A stretch of DNA of 32,000 bases from Breznakia sp. PF5-3 (GCF_029504745.1 NZ_JAQFIQ010000005.1:30001-62000), one strand, 5' to 3'. Counted from the first letter of the stretch, positions 1-8,727 are shown. Notes: generated by a model from the letters alone, not told the origin. Made by a program: numbers and translations.

Positions 1-537
1 TGCACCACGAGCACGCATAGCCGTAAATGCCTCATGTCCTGGTGTATCTAAGAAGGTAACCTTTTTACCTTTGACCTCGATTTGATACGCACCGATATGT
101 TGTGTAATTCCACCAAATTCACCTTCTGTGACTTTTGTTTTACGAATTGTATCCAAAAGTGTTGTTTTCCCATGGTCAACATGTCCCATGATAGTAACAA
201 CAGGTGGACGGCTTTCCAATTGTTTTGGATCATCTTCTTCTTCAATTTCTTCAAAATTGAACTCTTCAACAATATTTTCTTTATGAACTTCAATACCAAA
301 CTCCATACCTACAAGTTCAATATTTTCATCATCCAATACGGTATTGATGGTTGCCATATTTCCCAATAAAAAGAGAAACTTAATAATTTCAGAAGATTGT
401 TTGTGCATTAGCTTAGCCAATTCACCAACTGTAACCTGTCCAGAATATGTTATCTCTGTAACTGCTTCTTCTACTTTTTTTGGCGTATACTCTCTTTTCG
501 TATTCTTGTTATTGCGTCTTTGTCTTGTTTTTGCCAT
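1..537 (-). CDS. infB: Translation initiation factor IF-2, N-terminal 179 codons (3' part lies beyond the left window edge)
   Basis: The minus-strand frame ending at base 1 reads [21 protein letters not shown]...[70 protein letters not shown], with the G1 P-loop GHVDHGKT and G3 DTPGHEAF. The ATG at 537 is preceded by GGTGAGGA. It is missing from the ORF track because it runs off the edge, and it sits at the expected place after ylxQ. Confidence 0.93.
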   Translation of the reverse strand, partial: MAKTRQRRNNKNTKREYTPKKVEEAVTEITYSGQVTVGELAKLMHKQSSEIIKFLFLLGNMATINTVLDDENIELVGMEFGIEVHKENIVEEFNFEEIEEEDDPKQLESRPPVVTIMGHVDHGKTTLLDTIRKTKVTEGEFGGITQHIGAYQIEVKGKKVTFLDTPGHEAFTAMRARGA

Positions 538-545
538 ATCCTCAC

Positions 546-842
546 CTAACCTTTCAAATTAATCTTTATTTTATTCGCAAAGCCATCATCTAATATTCCA
601 ACTGCTTTCACATTAAATTTACCAATCGCTTTGCTTAACACCTCGCTACTTTCTATAAAACCATATGCTATTTGATAATATTTACACTTATCTTCTAGTT
701 TCTTTTTTGTATTTGCTGAAGCATCTTCAGCAATCAAAACAAACTTACACTTCCTCGCTCGAATATCTTTCATGATTGTTTCACCTATAGAAATATTTCT
801 AGAAGCTGCTGCCAACCCTAAGATACCTACAAGTTTATTCAT
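546..842 (-). CDS. ylxQ: L7Ae-family RNA-binding protein (YlxQ-like)
   Basis: The 98-aa product has ...[47 protein letters not shown]...DGFANKI, which resembles B. subtilis YlxQ. It lies between ylxR and infB. Confidence 0.8.
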   Translation of the reverse strand: MNKLVGILGLAAASRNISIGETIMKDIRARKCKFVLIAEDASANTKKKLEDKCKYYQIAYGFIESSEVLSKAIGKFNVKAVGILDDGFANKIKINLKG

Positions 843-1092
843 TAATCAACTTCCTCAATTCATCATAAATAGAATCTTCTACTTTCACATTCAAAGCACG
901 ATCCAAAATCTTTTTCTTTTGTGCCAAATCAACAGCTTCATTGCTTTTCTTTAAATAAGCACCTCTACCATTAGCCTTACCACTCAAATCAACAATGACA
1001 TCCTTTTCTGGTGTTCTAACCACACGAATCAATTCCTTTTTAGGTAATTGCTCTTGGGTTGCAACACATTTTCGTAAAGGTATTTTTCTCAA
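835..1092 (-). CDS. ylxR: YlxR/RnpM (DUF448) RNA-binding protein
   Basis: The product MRKIPLRKCVATQEQLPKKELIRVVRTPE...GKANGRGAYL carries the YlxR signature. It overlaps ylxQ by 8 nt and sits immediately after nusA. Confidence 0.85.
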   Translation of the reverse strand: MRKIPLRKCVATQEQLPKKELIRVVRTPEKDVIVDLSGKANGRGAYLKKSNEAVDLAQKKKILDRALNVKVEDSIYDELRKLINE

Positions 1093-1107
1093 AATGATAC
1101 CTCTTTT

Positions 1108-2805
1108 CTATTCCTCATCATAAAATTCATCATATTCATCAAAATCAATATCATCATTGATCCATGCTTTTTCTTTTTCAGCAGCTTCTGCTGCAGCAAT
1201 TTCCGCCAATTCTTCTTCTGTATAAATTGGTTTCAATTCATAATCACGTTCGTTTGGATCATGTGTTGGTTGAGGTTGTGTATCTTCATAGATTGCATCG
1301 TTATCATCTTGCTTCTTATATTTCTTCTTCACTTTTGCCTTTGGTGTTTCTTCTTTCTTCGCACCAGCAATATCTTCAAATTTAGAAACATAAGCACGTT
1401 TTTCTTCAATATCGATACCCTTTGCTTTTTTCTCTTTTGCTAAACGAGCAGCTTTTTCAAGTTCATCTTCTTCTTTTGGTACTTCTACTTTTTCTACTTT
1501 CTTTGGTTTTGGTTGGGCTTTTTCTTTCGCAACCTCCACCGTTTCTTCCACAACAACTTTCTCTTTGTTTGTCTCAACAGGAGTAGTTGTTTCTGGTTGG
1601 AATTCTTCTTCAATGAACTCTTCACTCAACAATTCATCACTGAATTCTTGTTGTGCTTCTTGTTTGCTTAACTCATCAAAAATATCTTTTTGTGCACGTG
1701 CACGTTCTTGTTCTTTTGCTTCTGCCATCTTAAGTGCTTCTTGTTCAGCAATTGCTTTCCAATCAATTCCCATTGTTTCTGCATCACTAACCGATTTAAT
1801 ATCAATCGTATTATTTGTAAGTTTCACTGCAAGTCTAGCATTTTTTCCTTTTTTCCCAATTGCCAAAGATAATTGATCATCATTTACAATAACCATCAAT
1901 CCGCGTTTGGCTTCATTTGGAATAACAGCTAAAATTTCTGCTGGAGCTAATGCATTCTTAATAAGTTCTCCTACATCTTCACTCCATTCAAAAATATCAA
2001 TTTTTTCACCTTTTAACTCTTCAATAATAACTTGAACACGTGAACCACGTGGACCAATACATGCTCCAATTGGATCAATGTTTTCATTATTTGAATATAC
2101 TGCCATCTTACAGCGTTCTCCAGCTTCACGAGCAATCGCCTTAATTTCCACGATTCCTTGATAAATTTCAGGTACTTCTTTTTCAAACAAACGTTTTACC
2201 AATACTGGATCTGCACGAGAAACCAATACTTGTGCACCTTTTGTTTCTTTATTAACATCACTAATTACAACCTTAACATGTTGTCCTTCATAATATGTTT
2301 CATTTGGAATTTGTGCCACCTTTGGCATCAAAGCTAATGTTTTACCAATATTTACCAAACAGAATTTATCCTCTACCGTTTCCACAACACCAGTTACAAG
2401 CTCTTCTAACTTATCTGCATACTCATCATACACAGCTTGTTTTTGAGCTTCTCTAGTCTTTTGTTTCATAACATTTTTCGCTAAAATAATGGCGATTCGT
2501 CCAAATTCTGTAAAATCCACTTCTTCTTCTACAAAAGCTCCCAATTCATAATCTTCACGAATTGCTTTTGCATCTTCTAGTGAAATTTCTAATTCATCAT
2601 CTGTGACTTCTTCGACCACAAGTTTTTGATGATACACCTTAATATCATCATCAAAAGATACACGTACATAAGCATCTTGAATATCAATATGTTTACGATA
2701 TGCTTTTGTTAATGCTTCTTGCAAAGCTTCAATAATAATTTCTTTTGAAATACTGCGATCACTTTCAATTTCTTGCATCGCCTTCATTACATCTTTTAGT
2801 TTCAT
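1108..2805 (-). CDS. nusA: Transcription termination/antitermination factor NusA with a long E/K-rich C-terminal extension
   Basis: The N-terminal ~350 aa show the NusA NTD-S1-KH-KH pattern (...FGRIAIILAKNVMKQKTREA..., GQHVKVVISDV, IGACIGPRGSRVQ, AIGKKGKNARLA). The remaining ~200 aa are low-complexity E/K/A-rich. It lies in the rimP-nusA-ylxR operon context. Confidence 0.95.
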   Translation of the reverse strand: MKLKDVMKAMQEIESDRSISKEIIIEALQEALTKAYRKHIDIQDAYVRVSFDDDIKVYHQKLVVEEVTDDELEISLEDAKAIREDYELGAFVEEEVDFTEFGRIAIILAKNVMKQKTREAQKQAVYDEYADKLEELVTGVVETVEDKFCLVNIGKTLALMPKVAQIPNETYYEGQHVKVVISDVNKETKGAQVLVSRADPVLVKRLFEKEVPEIYQGIVEIKAIAREAGERCKMAVYSNNENIDPIGACIGPRGSRVQVIIEELKGEKIDIFEWSEDVGELIKNALAPAEILAVIPNEAKRGLMVIVNDDQLSLAIGKKGKNARLAVKLTNNTIDIKSVSDAETMGIDWKAIAEQEALKMAEAKEQERARAQKDIFDELSKQEAQQEFSDELLSEEFIEEEFQPETTTPVETNKEKVVVEETVEVAKEKAQPKPKKVEKVEVPKEEDELEKAARLAKEKKAKGIDIEEKRAYVSKFEDIAGAKKEETPKAKVKKKYKKQDDNDAIYEDTQPQPTHDPNERDYELKPIYTEEELAEIAAAEAAEKEKAWINDDIDFDEYDEFYDEE

Positions 2806-2824
2806 GTCTTTGTTAAGTTCCTTC

Positions 2825-3292
2825 CTAAATTTTAACTGATAATCTGATTAAGCGTATATTGCTTTTATCAATCGAGATTTGTTTCTTTACTGTTTTTAAT
2901 AAATATTCTACCTGAATTGTTTCTTCATCTACAGCTTTTAAATAGCCTTTTATTTCATCAAGTCCTGCCTTTGGATCTTTTAATTTCACATATACATAAT
3001 CTCCAAGTGCACTCATCAATTCTTCATCGTTTCGCAATTCACGCTCAGCCCCTGGTGAACAGACTTCTAGATAATATTCATAGTTAATGATATCAAGCTC
3101 ATCTAACTTATCTGAAATATACCCAGATACTTTTGCACAAGTATCAATGTCCATTTTTCCACTTTTATCGATTATCGAAACCTGCAATATTTTCATTTTA
3201 CCCTCTTGGGTCCACACAATGTCATACAAATTTAAATTCTCTGCATCAACGATTGGTTTGATAATTTCTTTTAGTTTTAAAAGTGAAGTCAT
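2825..3292 (-). CDS. rimP: Ribosome maturation factor RimP
   Basis: The 155-aa product contains ...YYLEVCSPGAERELR... (the RimP EVSSPG-like motif). A GGAGGTAG SD lies upstream, and the gene directly precedes nusA. Confidence 0.9.
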   Translation of the reverse strand: MTSLLKLKEIIKPIVDAENLNLYDIVWTQEGKMKILQVSIIDKSGKMDIDTCAKVSGYISDKLDELDIINYEYYLEVCSPGAERELRNDEELMSALGDYVYVKLKDPKAGLDEIKGYLKAVDEETIQVEYLLKTVKKQISIDKSNIRLIRLSVKI

Positions 3293-3313
3293 ACTACCTC
3301 CTATTCAATAAGT

Positions 3314-3337
3314 AAGAGTGGGCTTTCGCCCACTCTT
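3314..3337 (-). terminator. Strong hairpin: terminator of the upstream surface-protein gene and/or attenuator in the rimP-nusA leader
   Basis: A 10-bp perfect stem AAGAGTGGGC / GCCCACTCTT flanks a 4-nt loop. On the minus strand it is followed by an interrupted U-tract (TACTTATTG), 22 nt before the rimP ATG. Confidence 0.5.
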
Positions 3338-3352
3338 GTTTCGTATGCATAC

Positions 3353-3381
3353 AGTTTAGCACAACTTCCTCAAAACTGCAA
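3353..3381 (-). promoter_or_regulatory. Candidate sigma-A promoter for rimP-nusA-infB (TTGCAG-17-TGcTAAACT)
   Basis: The minus strand reads TTGCAG, then a 17-nt spacer ending in TGc, then TAAACT (extended -10). Both hexamers are weak, so this is tentative. Confidence 0.25.
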
Positions 3382-3404
3382 TATAATTCATTTTTTCCTA
3401 ATCT

Positions 3405-6167
3405 TTACATTATTTTTGAATGTTTCTTTTGTTTTTTTGCGACACCTAATATTGCTATTAATGATAAAGAAAGAACTCCCATCCAAAGATTTACATTTGT
3501 TGCATCACCACTGTTTACAACATTTGTATCATCGGTTGATTTTGATGGTTTACTTATTACTTTATCTTCTTTGGCTTTTTGCACTGTAACTTGAATATAT
3601 TTTTCATATACACTTCCCTCTTGTTCTACATATAAACGAAGTGTATATACGCCTCCTGTTTTAGCACCATTTTTTAAAGCTTTCAATGTGTTCACATCTA
3701 CTTTAACTTCTTTGTTTCTTTCAACTGATGCACGAGATCGAAGATCCGTTATAACATTTACATTTGCTAATTCTTTGATTTCACTTTCATCTAATGATTG
3801 TACTTTCTCATAAGGGATAGTAAAATCACTAGCCTCTATTGTTATTGACAATTCCATAACATTAACAATTGTTGTGAATGTCTTTGTTTGGTCACCATCT
3901 ACATAAAAGATAACTGTATAGATTCCTTTTTCTCCTTGTACATTATGTGACTTCACCGCTACTGGCACTTCTGATAAATCATCTTTTCGATATGCTTGTG
4001 CATCTGTCAATTCAATCAATTCCTCATCCGTGATATCTTTTGCTTGCTGTTTACTAATCATGATTGGATTTGCTGTAAACATATACTCATCTTTATTAAT
4101 AATCTCATTTTCTACTACGATAATCTTACTTGTAGCAACAATTACAGTTGGATCCCCCTCTACACAAAATGAAACTGTATATTCTCCTTTTGCTGGAGAA
4201 AATGTGCTACTTGCAACTTCTATCGTACTTCTCTTCACTGGTGTTTTTCCATCATATTCCCATGCTTCTGCATCTACTAAATCAATCAATGCTTGATTAG
4301 AGTTTACTTTTTCTGCTTCATTTACTTCAATCACTACATCATTTGCATTTCCAACATAAGTAACTTTCTTATTATCTGCTGCTTTTACAATTAACGTTCT
4401 TGATGCAGTAAACGAGTTATCATCACTATCAACAACTGTATAGAATATTTCATATTCTCCAGGTTCTGTAAAGTATACAGAATCAAACAGTCCATTCAAC
4501 GTTCTGTACTCTACCTTATATGTTATATCTCCATCCTTATCATCTTCTGCCGTAACACCACTCATTAAATCCAATTCTTTTCCTGCTTCAACAATTAATG
4601 GTGTTGAAGCAAAGCTTATTCGTGGATATCCATCAATATAAATATTTGATGTGATACTTACATCAAGATGTCCAATTACTGCATAATATATTTGCTGTTT
4701 TGGTATATACCCTAACATCGTTGTATCTACTTTTTTCATATCAGCTAAATTCCACGCTTGAACATTGGCAGCAACATTTAAGTCTGCATTATCATATTCT
4801 GTTTCACTCATCCTTACATCATTGCTTGTAATCACAAGTCCTTTTTCTTTATTTACCGTAATATTATCTGCATCCACTACTTTTACAATAACCGTTTTTT
4901 GAATTTTTTTATTCGCCTTATACCCTTTGGCTTCTAGTTTTATTTCATATTCCCCTTCTGCTACTACAAAATTAGATGATACTACTTTGGTAGTTGTAAA
5001 TTCTCCTTTATTTGTATCTACATTATACAATTTAGAATACGCATTTGTTAGTATGATTAAATCATCATTATTCTTTATTTTTTGTGCTTGTGCTAAAGTA
5101 ATCAATTGATTTTCAGCTGTTGTAGTATAATATGTTTTTTCTTTGCTATCCCCTACATTTATAACTACAGAAATAGTTAACATGGGATTATCTTTTGCTT
5201 GGAACGTTACGTTATAAAGGCCTTGTTTTGCTTGTACGTTGTTATCTTTAATTACAACATCTGCTTCACTCATATCCTTTGTGCTCCAAACCTTTGCACC
5301 ACAAAGTTCAATAAGTTGTTGTTCGTTTATCTTACTTGCTTCTGCCTCACTCATGGAAGCTCCCTTTGCATAAATCGCAAAATTATTACGAGCTTCTATG
5401 GTTCCTGTATCTACTACTTTGATAGTCACAGTCTTTGTTAGTCCATCACTCATTGCCTCATCAGGTAAAAGCCTTGCTTTAAAACTCACCTTATATTCAC
5501 CAATCTCTGGCTTGTATGTTGAAGAGACCATATCTGTTTCTCGATTTCGAGTTCCATATCCTACGATTGAAATTGTAGATTTTGCTTCCGTAATTTTTAT
5601 CAAATCTTCTGCTGTTGTAATTTTCACAGCATCTTCTAAAGTGATTACAACATCGTTTGCATTCGTATGATAGAACGCACCTCCTGTTGAAGCTGAAACA
5701 GCAATATATACAGTCGTTTGGGTAGAAGGATCTTCTACCACATAAAAAGTGACCTCATATACTCCGATCTCTGGTCGGAAATTGGTTTGCTTCACACGTA
5801 CTTCACCTTCACTATTATCACTTTCACGATAAGCTTTCGCTTTTGCAAGTTCAATCAATTCATCATTGGCTTTAATTGACCTTGCTTCATTTGATGTCAT
5901 TACTATATTCGCTGCTGTAATTGAGTATGTTTCTTCAATTGCAACCTCTGGCTCATCATTATCCACATCTTCACTTTGAAGCGTTTGGATACTTTTATTA
6001 TCTTCTTTATTATCATCTGTAACATCTGTTTCCGTAATTTCAGAAGCGTTTGATTCCAGCTCCAAACCACTAAATACAATAGACATACTAAGGATGCTTA
6101 GAATCATCAAACTACATAATATTCTTCTTCCATAAACAATATGCTTTCTCAATTTTCTCTTGTTCAT
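3405..6167 (-). CDS. Large secreted, C-terminally anchored repeat protein (putative adhesin/surface protein)
   Basis: The ORF track gives 926 aa from a GTG at 6185; the ATG at 6167 (MNKRKLRKH...) behind AAAGGAAAAGAG is the likelier start. The protein has an N-terminal signal peptide and about 8 degenerate ~80-aa modules. It also has one Ig-like segment with ...GVTAEDDKDGDITYKV... (DUF5011-like), and a C-terminal hydrophobic helix followed by KKQKKHSKIM. Confidence 0.85.
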   Translation of the reverse strand: MNKRKLRKHIVYGRRILCSLMILSILSMSIVFSGLELESNASEITETDVTDDNKEDNKSIQTLQSEDVDNDEPEVAIEETYSITAANIVMTSNEARSIKANDELIELAKAKAYRESDNSEGEVRVKQTNFRPEIGVYEVTFYVVEDPSTQTTVYIAVSASTGGAFYHTNANDVVITLEDAVKITTAEDLIKITEAKSTISIVGYGTRNRETDMVSSTYKPEIGEYKVSFKARLLPDEAMSDGLTKTVTIKVVDTGTIEARNNFAIYAKGASMSEAEASKINEQQLIELCGAKVWSTKDMSEADVVIKDNNVQAKQGLYNVTFQAKDNPMLTISVVINVGDSKEKTYYTTTAENQLITLAQAQKIKNNDDLIILTNAYSKLYNVDTNKGEFTTTKVVSSNFVVAEGEYEIKLEAKGYKANKKIQKTVIVKVVDADNITVNKEKGLVITSNDVRMSETEYDNADLNVAANVQAWNLADMKKVDTTMLGYIPKQQIYYAVIGHLDVSITSNIYIDGYPRISFASTPLIVEAGKELDLMSGVTAEDDKDGDITYKVEYRTLNGLFDSVYFTEPGEYEIFYTVVDSDDNSFTASRTLIVKAADNKKVTYVGNANDVVIEVNEAEKVNSNQALIDLVDAEAWEYDGKTPVKRSTIEVASSTFSPAKGEYTVSFCVEGDPTVIVATSKIIVVENEIINKDEYMFTANPIMISKQQAKDITDEELIELTDAQAYRKDDLSEVPVAVKSHNVQGEKGIYTVIFYVDGDQTKTFTTIVNVMELSITIEASDFTIPYEKVQSLDESEIKELANVNVITDLRSRASVERNKEVKVDVNTLKALKNGAKTGGVYTLRLYVEQEGSVYEKYIQVTVQKAKEDKVISKPSKSTDDTNVVNSGDATNVNLWMGVLSLSLIAILGVAKKQKKHSKIM

Positions 6168-6243
6168 CTTCTCTTTTCCTTTCACGTATGTTCCTTTAAC
6201 ACACTATTTAATTAGATGAAAACAATAAAAAAAAGGTTCACTA

Positions 6244-6272
6244 TTAAAAAATGAGAAGAATATCTTCTCATT
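6244..6272 (-). terminator. Rho-independent terminator after the murT-gatD-sseB-like unit
   Basis: The stem AATGAGAAG / CTTCTCATT (9 bp) has a 5-nt loop and is followed on the minus strand by TTTTTTA. It lies 7 nt after the stop at 6279. Confidence 0.7.
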
Positions 6273-6278
6273 ATCATT

Positions 6279-6653
6279 TTAATTTAATCCCTGTTGCAAT
6301 AATCCCTTAATTTCATCAGAATAAAGAATAATAGATTCTTCCTGTCCTGGGTTAATCACTACATTATTTTCTTTTAAGGTTTCTAGTATATCCGCAGCAT
6401 TGGCTTTCACATAAGGTGTTTCATTTTCATCAAGGAAATCTGCTAATGCATTCATTGATAAAAATAAAGGTACATATACTTCATCTTCATGATTGATTGT
6501 GAATATTTTTAAATTGTCACCTTCTACAACACGATTTCCTTCTAAATCACTCGCAGCAATAATATACACATCATTTAATAACAACTCATAGAAAAACTTC
6601 TGTTGCATCGCTTCATCGTGAAATGCTTTTTCAAATGTTGAATCTAAACTCAT
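6279..6653 (-). CDS. SseB-like domain protein (function unknown)
   Basis: The 124-aa product shows the pattern ...FFYELLLNDVYIIAA...EVYVPLFLSMNALADFL..., which resembles the SseB N-terminal domain family. Its start lies 1 nt after the gatD stop. The assignment is from memory of the family only. Confidence 0.5.
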   Translation of the reverse strand: MSLDSTFEKAFHDEAMQQKFFYELLLNDVYIIAASDLEGNRVVEGDNLKIFTINHEDEVYVPLFLSMNALADFLDENETPYVKANAADILETLKENNVVINPGQEESIILYSDEIKGLLQQGLN

Positions 6654-6654
6654 A

Positions 6655-7392
6655 TTATCCCTTTTCCTGCTGCATTCTTTTTCGCATAGTTTCTTTTGCT
6701 TCTAACTCTAACGTATCGTCCAAAGGTTTTAACATTACTTCTTCATAATCTTTATGCAATGCTTTCTTGATGATGAAATCAGCCATCTCTGGATTCTTTG
6801 GTAACAATGGTCCATGCATATAAGTACCTAAAACCTGTCCATTATAAAAGCCTTCAAATTCACCACGATAAACATTTCCATGCCCTTTGATTACCTTTCC
6901 TAGTGGTGTTTTAATATTCTTTGTCTGTCCACCATGATTTTCAAAACCAACAATCGACACTTTTTCACCATCCAAATCAGCCTCAATTTCAATATTTCCA
7001 ATACATCTACCAACATCAGAATTGCTTTCTGTATAATACTCAAAAAGTCCCAACCCTTCAATTCGATTACCATTGCTATCAATGTAGTATTTACCAAAAA
7101 ATTGATAACCTCCACAAATCAACAAAACGAATGTATGAGCTTTAATTGCATCGAGAATGTCTTGTTTTCGATTCACTAAATCTTGATATAGTAAATGTTG
7201 CTCGCGATCCGCTCCACCACCAATGAAAATCAAATGATAATCGTTTAAATTTTTTTGCTCACCAATTCCACAAGTATCAATACTTACTTCGATATCGCGA
7301 TCCAAACAACGTTTTTTTAATACTTGAATATTTCCTCGATCTCCATAAAGATCCATAATATCATGATACATCCATAAAATTTTCATTTTCAT
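6655..7392 (-). CDS. gatD: Lipid II isoglutaminyl synthase, glutaminase subunit GatD
   Basis: The product has a CobQ-type glutamine amidotransferase pattern (IFIGGGADREQ..., LLICGGYQFFG with the catalytic Cys, YMHGPLLPKNP). Its ATGA overlaps the murT stop, the canonical murT-gatD pairing. Confidence 0.88.
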   Translation of the reverse strand: MKMKILWMYHDIMDLYGDRGNIQVLKKRCLDRDIEVSIDTCGIGEQKNLNDYHLIFIGGGADREQHLLYQDLVNRKQDILDAIKAHTFVLLICGGYQFFGKYYIDSNGNRIEGLGLFEYYTESNSDVGRCIGNIEIEADLDGEKVSIVGFENHGGQTKNIKTPLGKVIKGHGNVYRGEFEGFYNGQVLGTYMHGPLLPKNPEMADFIIKKALHKDYEEVMLKPLDDTLELEAKETMRKRMQQEKG

Positions 7393-8702
7393 TTCTGATT
7401 CCTCCTCAATGCTGTACGCATTGGTTGGAGTGCAGTATATGTTGCAAGTACATATGCATGATCATGCAACGATTTCAATTTCATAATCGCATCTTCCACC
7501 TTAGGTAAAACAATGATTTCTCCCGTAAAATTTTCATACTTTAATCGCAATGCCATATCATATGCCCGCAAGCCACTACAAATAATTACTTTTGTTTGCG
7601 AATCTACTAATAAATCAAAATGTGCATCCCATATCCATGAAATATCAGTTCCATCTTGAACATTATCATTTAATACAATAACAATATCCTTAGCTTCTTG
7701 ATCACGCATGATATACTTCATAACTTCATTGGCACCTGTAGGATTTTTTACTAAATTCAACAAACAATCTCTACCAATATCAAAATGTTCCATCCGTCCA
7801 TCTTTTAATTCAAAACCTTCCAACACTTCTTTGGCTACCAAAAAAGAAATATCATACAACTTAGCAATACTAATTACTCCCACGCAATTATAAATTGCAT
7901 ATAACGCATCTTGTGGTGTATGAAACACGACTCCATCCACAGTAAAGCTTTGCTTATCAATATCCACATCAGTCGCTTCTAAATAGAAACTATGATGTCC
8001 AAAATCACAGTTTGGACAATGGAATCTACCAATATGTGAATATTGATAGTAATCATATTCTAAAACAGCATTGCATCGAAAACAGAATTTTCCCTCACTC
8101 GCTTCATCAGATACTTGTTTACTTAGTTTATTTTTTGCTACCCCAAAGTAAAACACTTCAGCTTGAGGAGCTACATCTGCTAACCGCACAACATTTGGAT
8201 CATCCCCATTCAATACCAATTGTCCTTGGTATGTAGCAAGTGCATTTCCTACTTTACCAACAACATTTTCCATTTCACCTGCACGATCCAACTGATCACG
8301 GAAAAAGTTATTAATTAAAATCGTTGATACAGGTACATTCTTTAAAACATGTGGCACATTTAATTCATCAACCTCAATGACAATACAATCACTTTGTACT
8401 TTCAAACCAAATGAAGTATGATTTAAAATTAGTGTTGTTATCCCTGCCATTAAATTATCTCCACGTACATTACAAATGGCATTCTCATATTTCTTACGCA
8501 TAAGCGCATATACCATATTATTGGTTGTTGTTTTCCCATTTGTACCAGTTACAAGAATAATCTTTGAAGGATACTTTATCTTTTTTAAAATATTTGCATC
8601 TAATTTCAATGCAATTTGTCCTGGTAGTGAACCACCACGACCAAACAAGCGTAATCCTGCTCGGATAAACTTTACAATTAATATCGTTATTCTAGCTCTC
8701 AT
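7389..8702 (-). CDS. murT: Lipid II isoglutaminyl synthase, ligase subunit MurT
   Basis: The product is a Mur-ligase-like protein with the P-loop VTGTNGKTTT, the Cys4 ribbon CFRCNAVLEYDYYQYSHIGRFHCPNCDF, and the C-terminal ...DGTDISWIWDAHF motif typical of MurT. I prefer the ATG at 8702 (MRARITILIV...) behind GGAG-N5 over the track start at 8744. Confidence 0.88.
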   Translation of the reverse strand: MRARITILIVKFIRAGLRLFGRGGSLPGQIALKLDANILKKIKYPSKIILVTGTNGKTTTNNMVYALMRKKYENAICNVRGDNLMAGITTLILNHTSFGLKVQSDCIVIEVDELNVPHVLKNVPVSTILINNFFRDQLDRAGEMENVVGKVGNALATYQGQLVLNGDDPNVVRLADVAPQAEVFYFGVAKNKLSKQVSDEASEGKFCFRCNAVLEYDYYQYSHIGRFHCPNCDFGHHSFYLEATDVDIDKQSFTVDGVVFHTPQDALYAIYNCVGVISIAKLYDISFLVAKEVLEGFELKDGRMEHFDIGRDCLLNLVKNPTGANEVMKYIMRDQEAKDIVIVLNDNVQDGTDISWIWDAHFDLLVDSQTKVIICSGLRAYDMALRLKYENFTGEIIVLPKVEDAIMKLKSLHDHAYVLATYTALQPMRTALRRNQK

Positions 8703-8727
8703 CTTAACTCCTATTTTTAATGAGACT

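Noticed and set aside
48-562. Track ORFs 48..299(-), 82..369(+) and 344..562(+) at the left edge
   Set aside because: They overlap, in other frames or on the other strand, the minus-strand frame that encodes an unmistakable IF-2 N-terminus and G domain ([16 protein letters not shown]). Their translations are low-complexity with no motifs.
1164-1876. Four plus-strand ORFs (60-103 aa) antisense to the 3' third of nusA
   Set aside because: They are mirror images of the E/K-rich nusA tail: GAA/AAG-rich codons read as TTC/CTT-rich S/L/F/C strings. They have no SD and no stop-free conservation argument.
6900-7179. ORFs 6900..7115(-), 6921..7145(+) and 6934..7179(+) inside gatD
   Set aside because: They are alternative-frame or antisense ORFs within a gene whose annotated frame carries the GatD amidotransferase motifs. 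They have no independent start signals.
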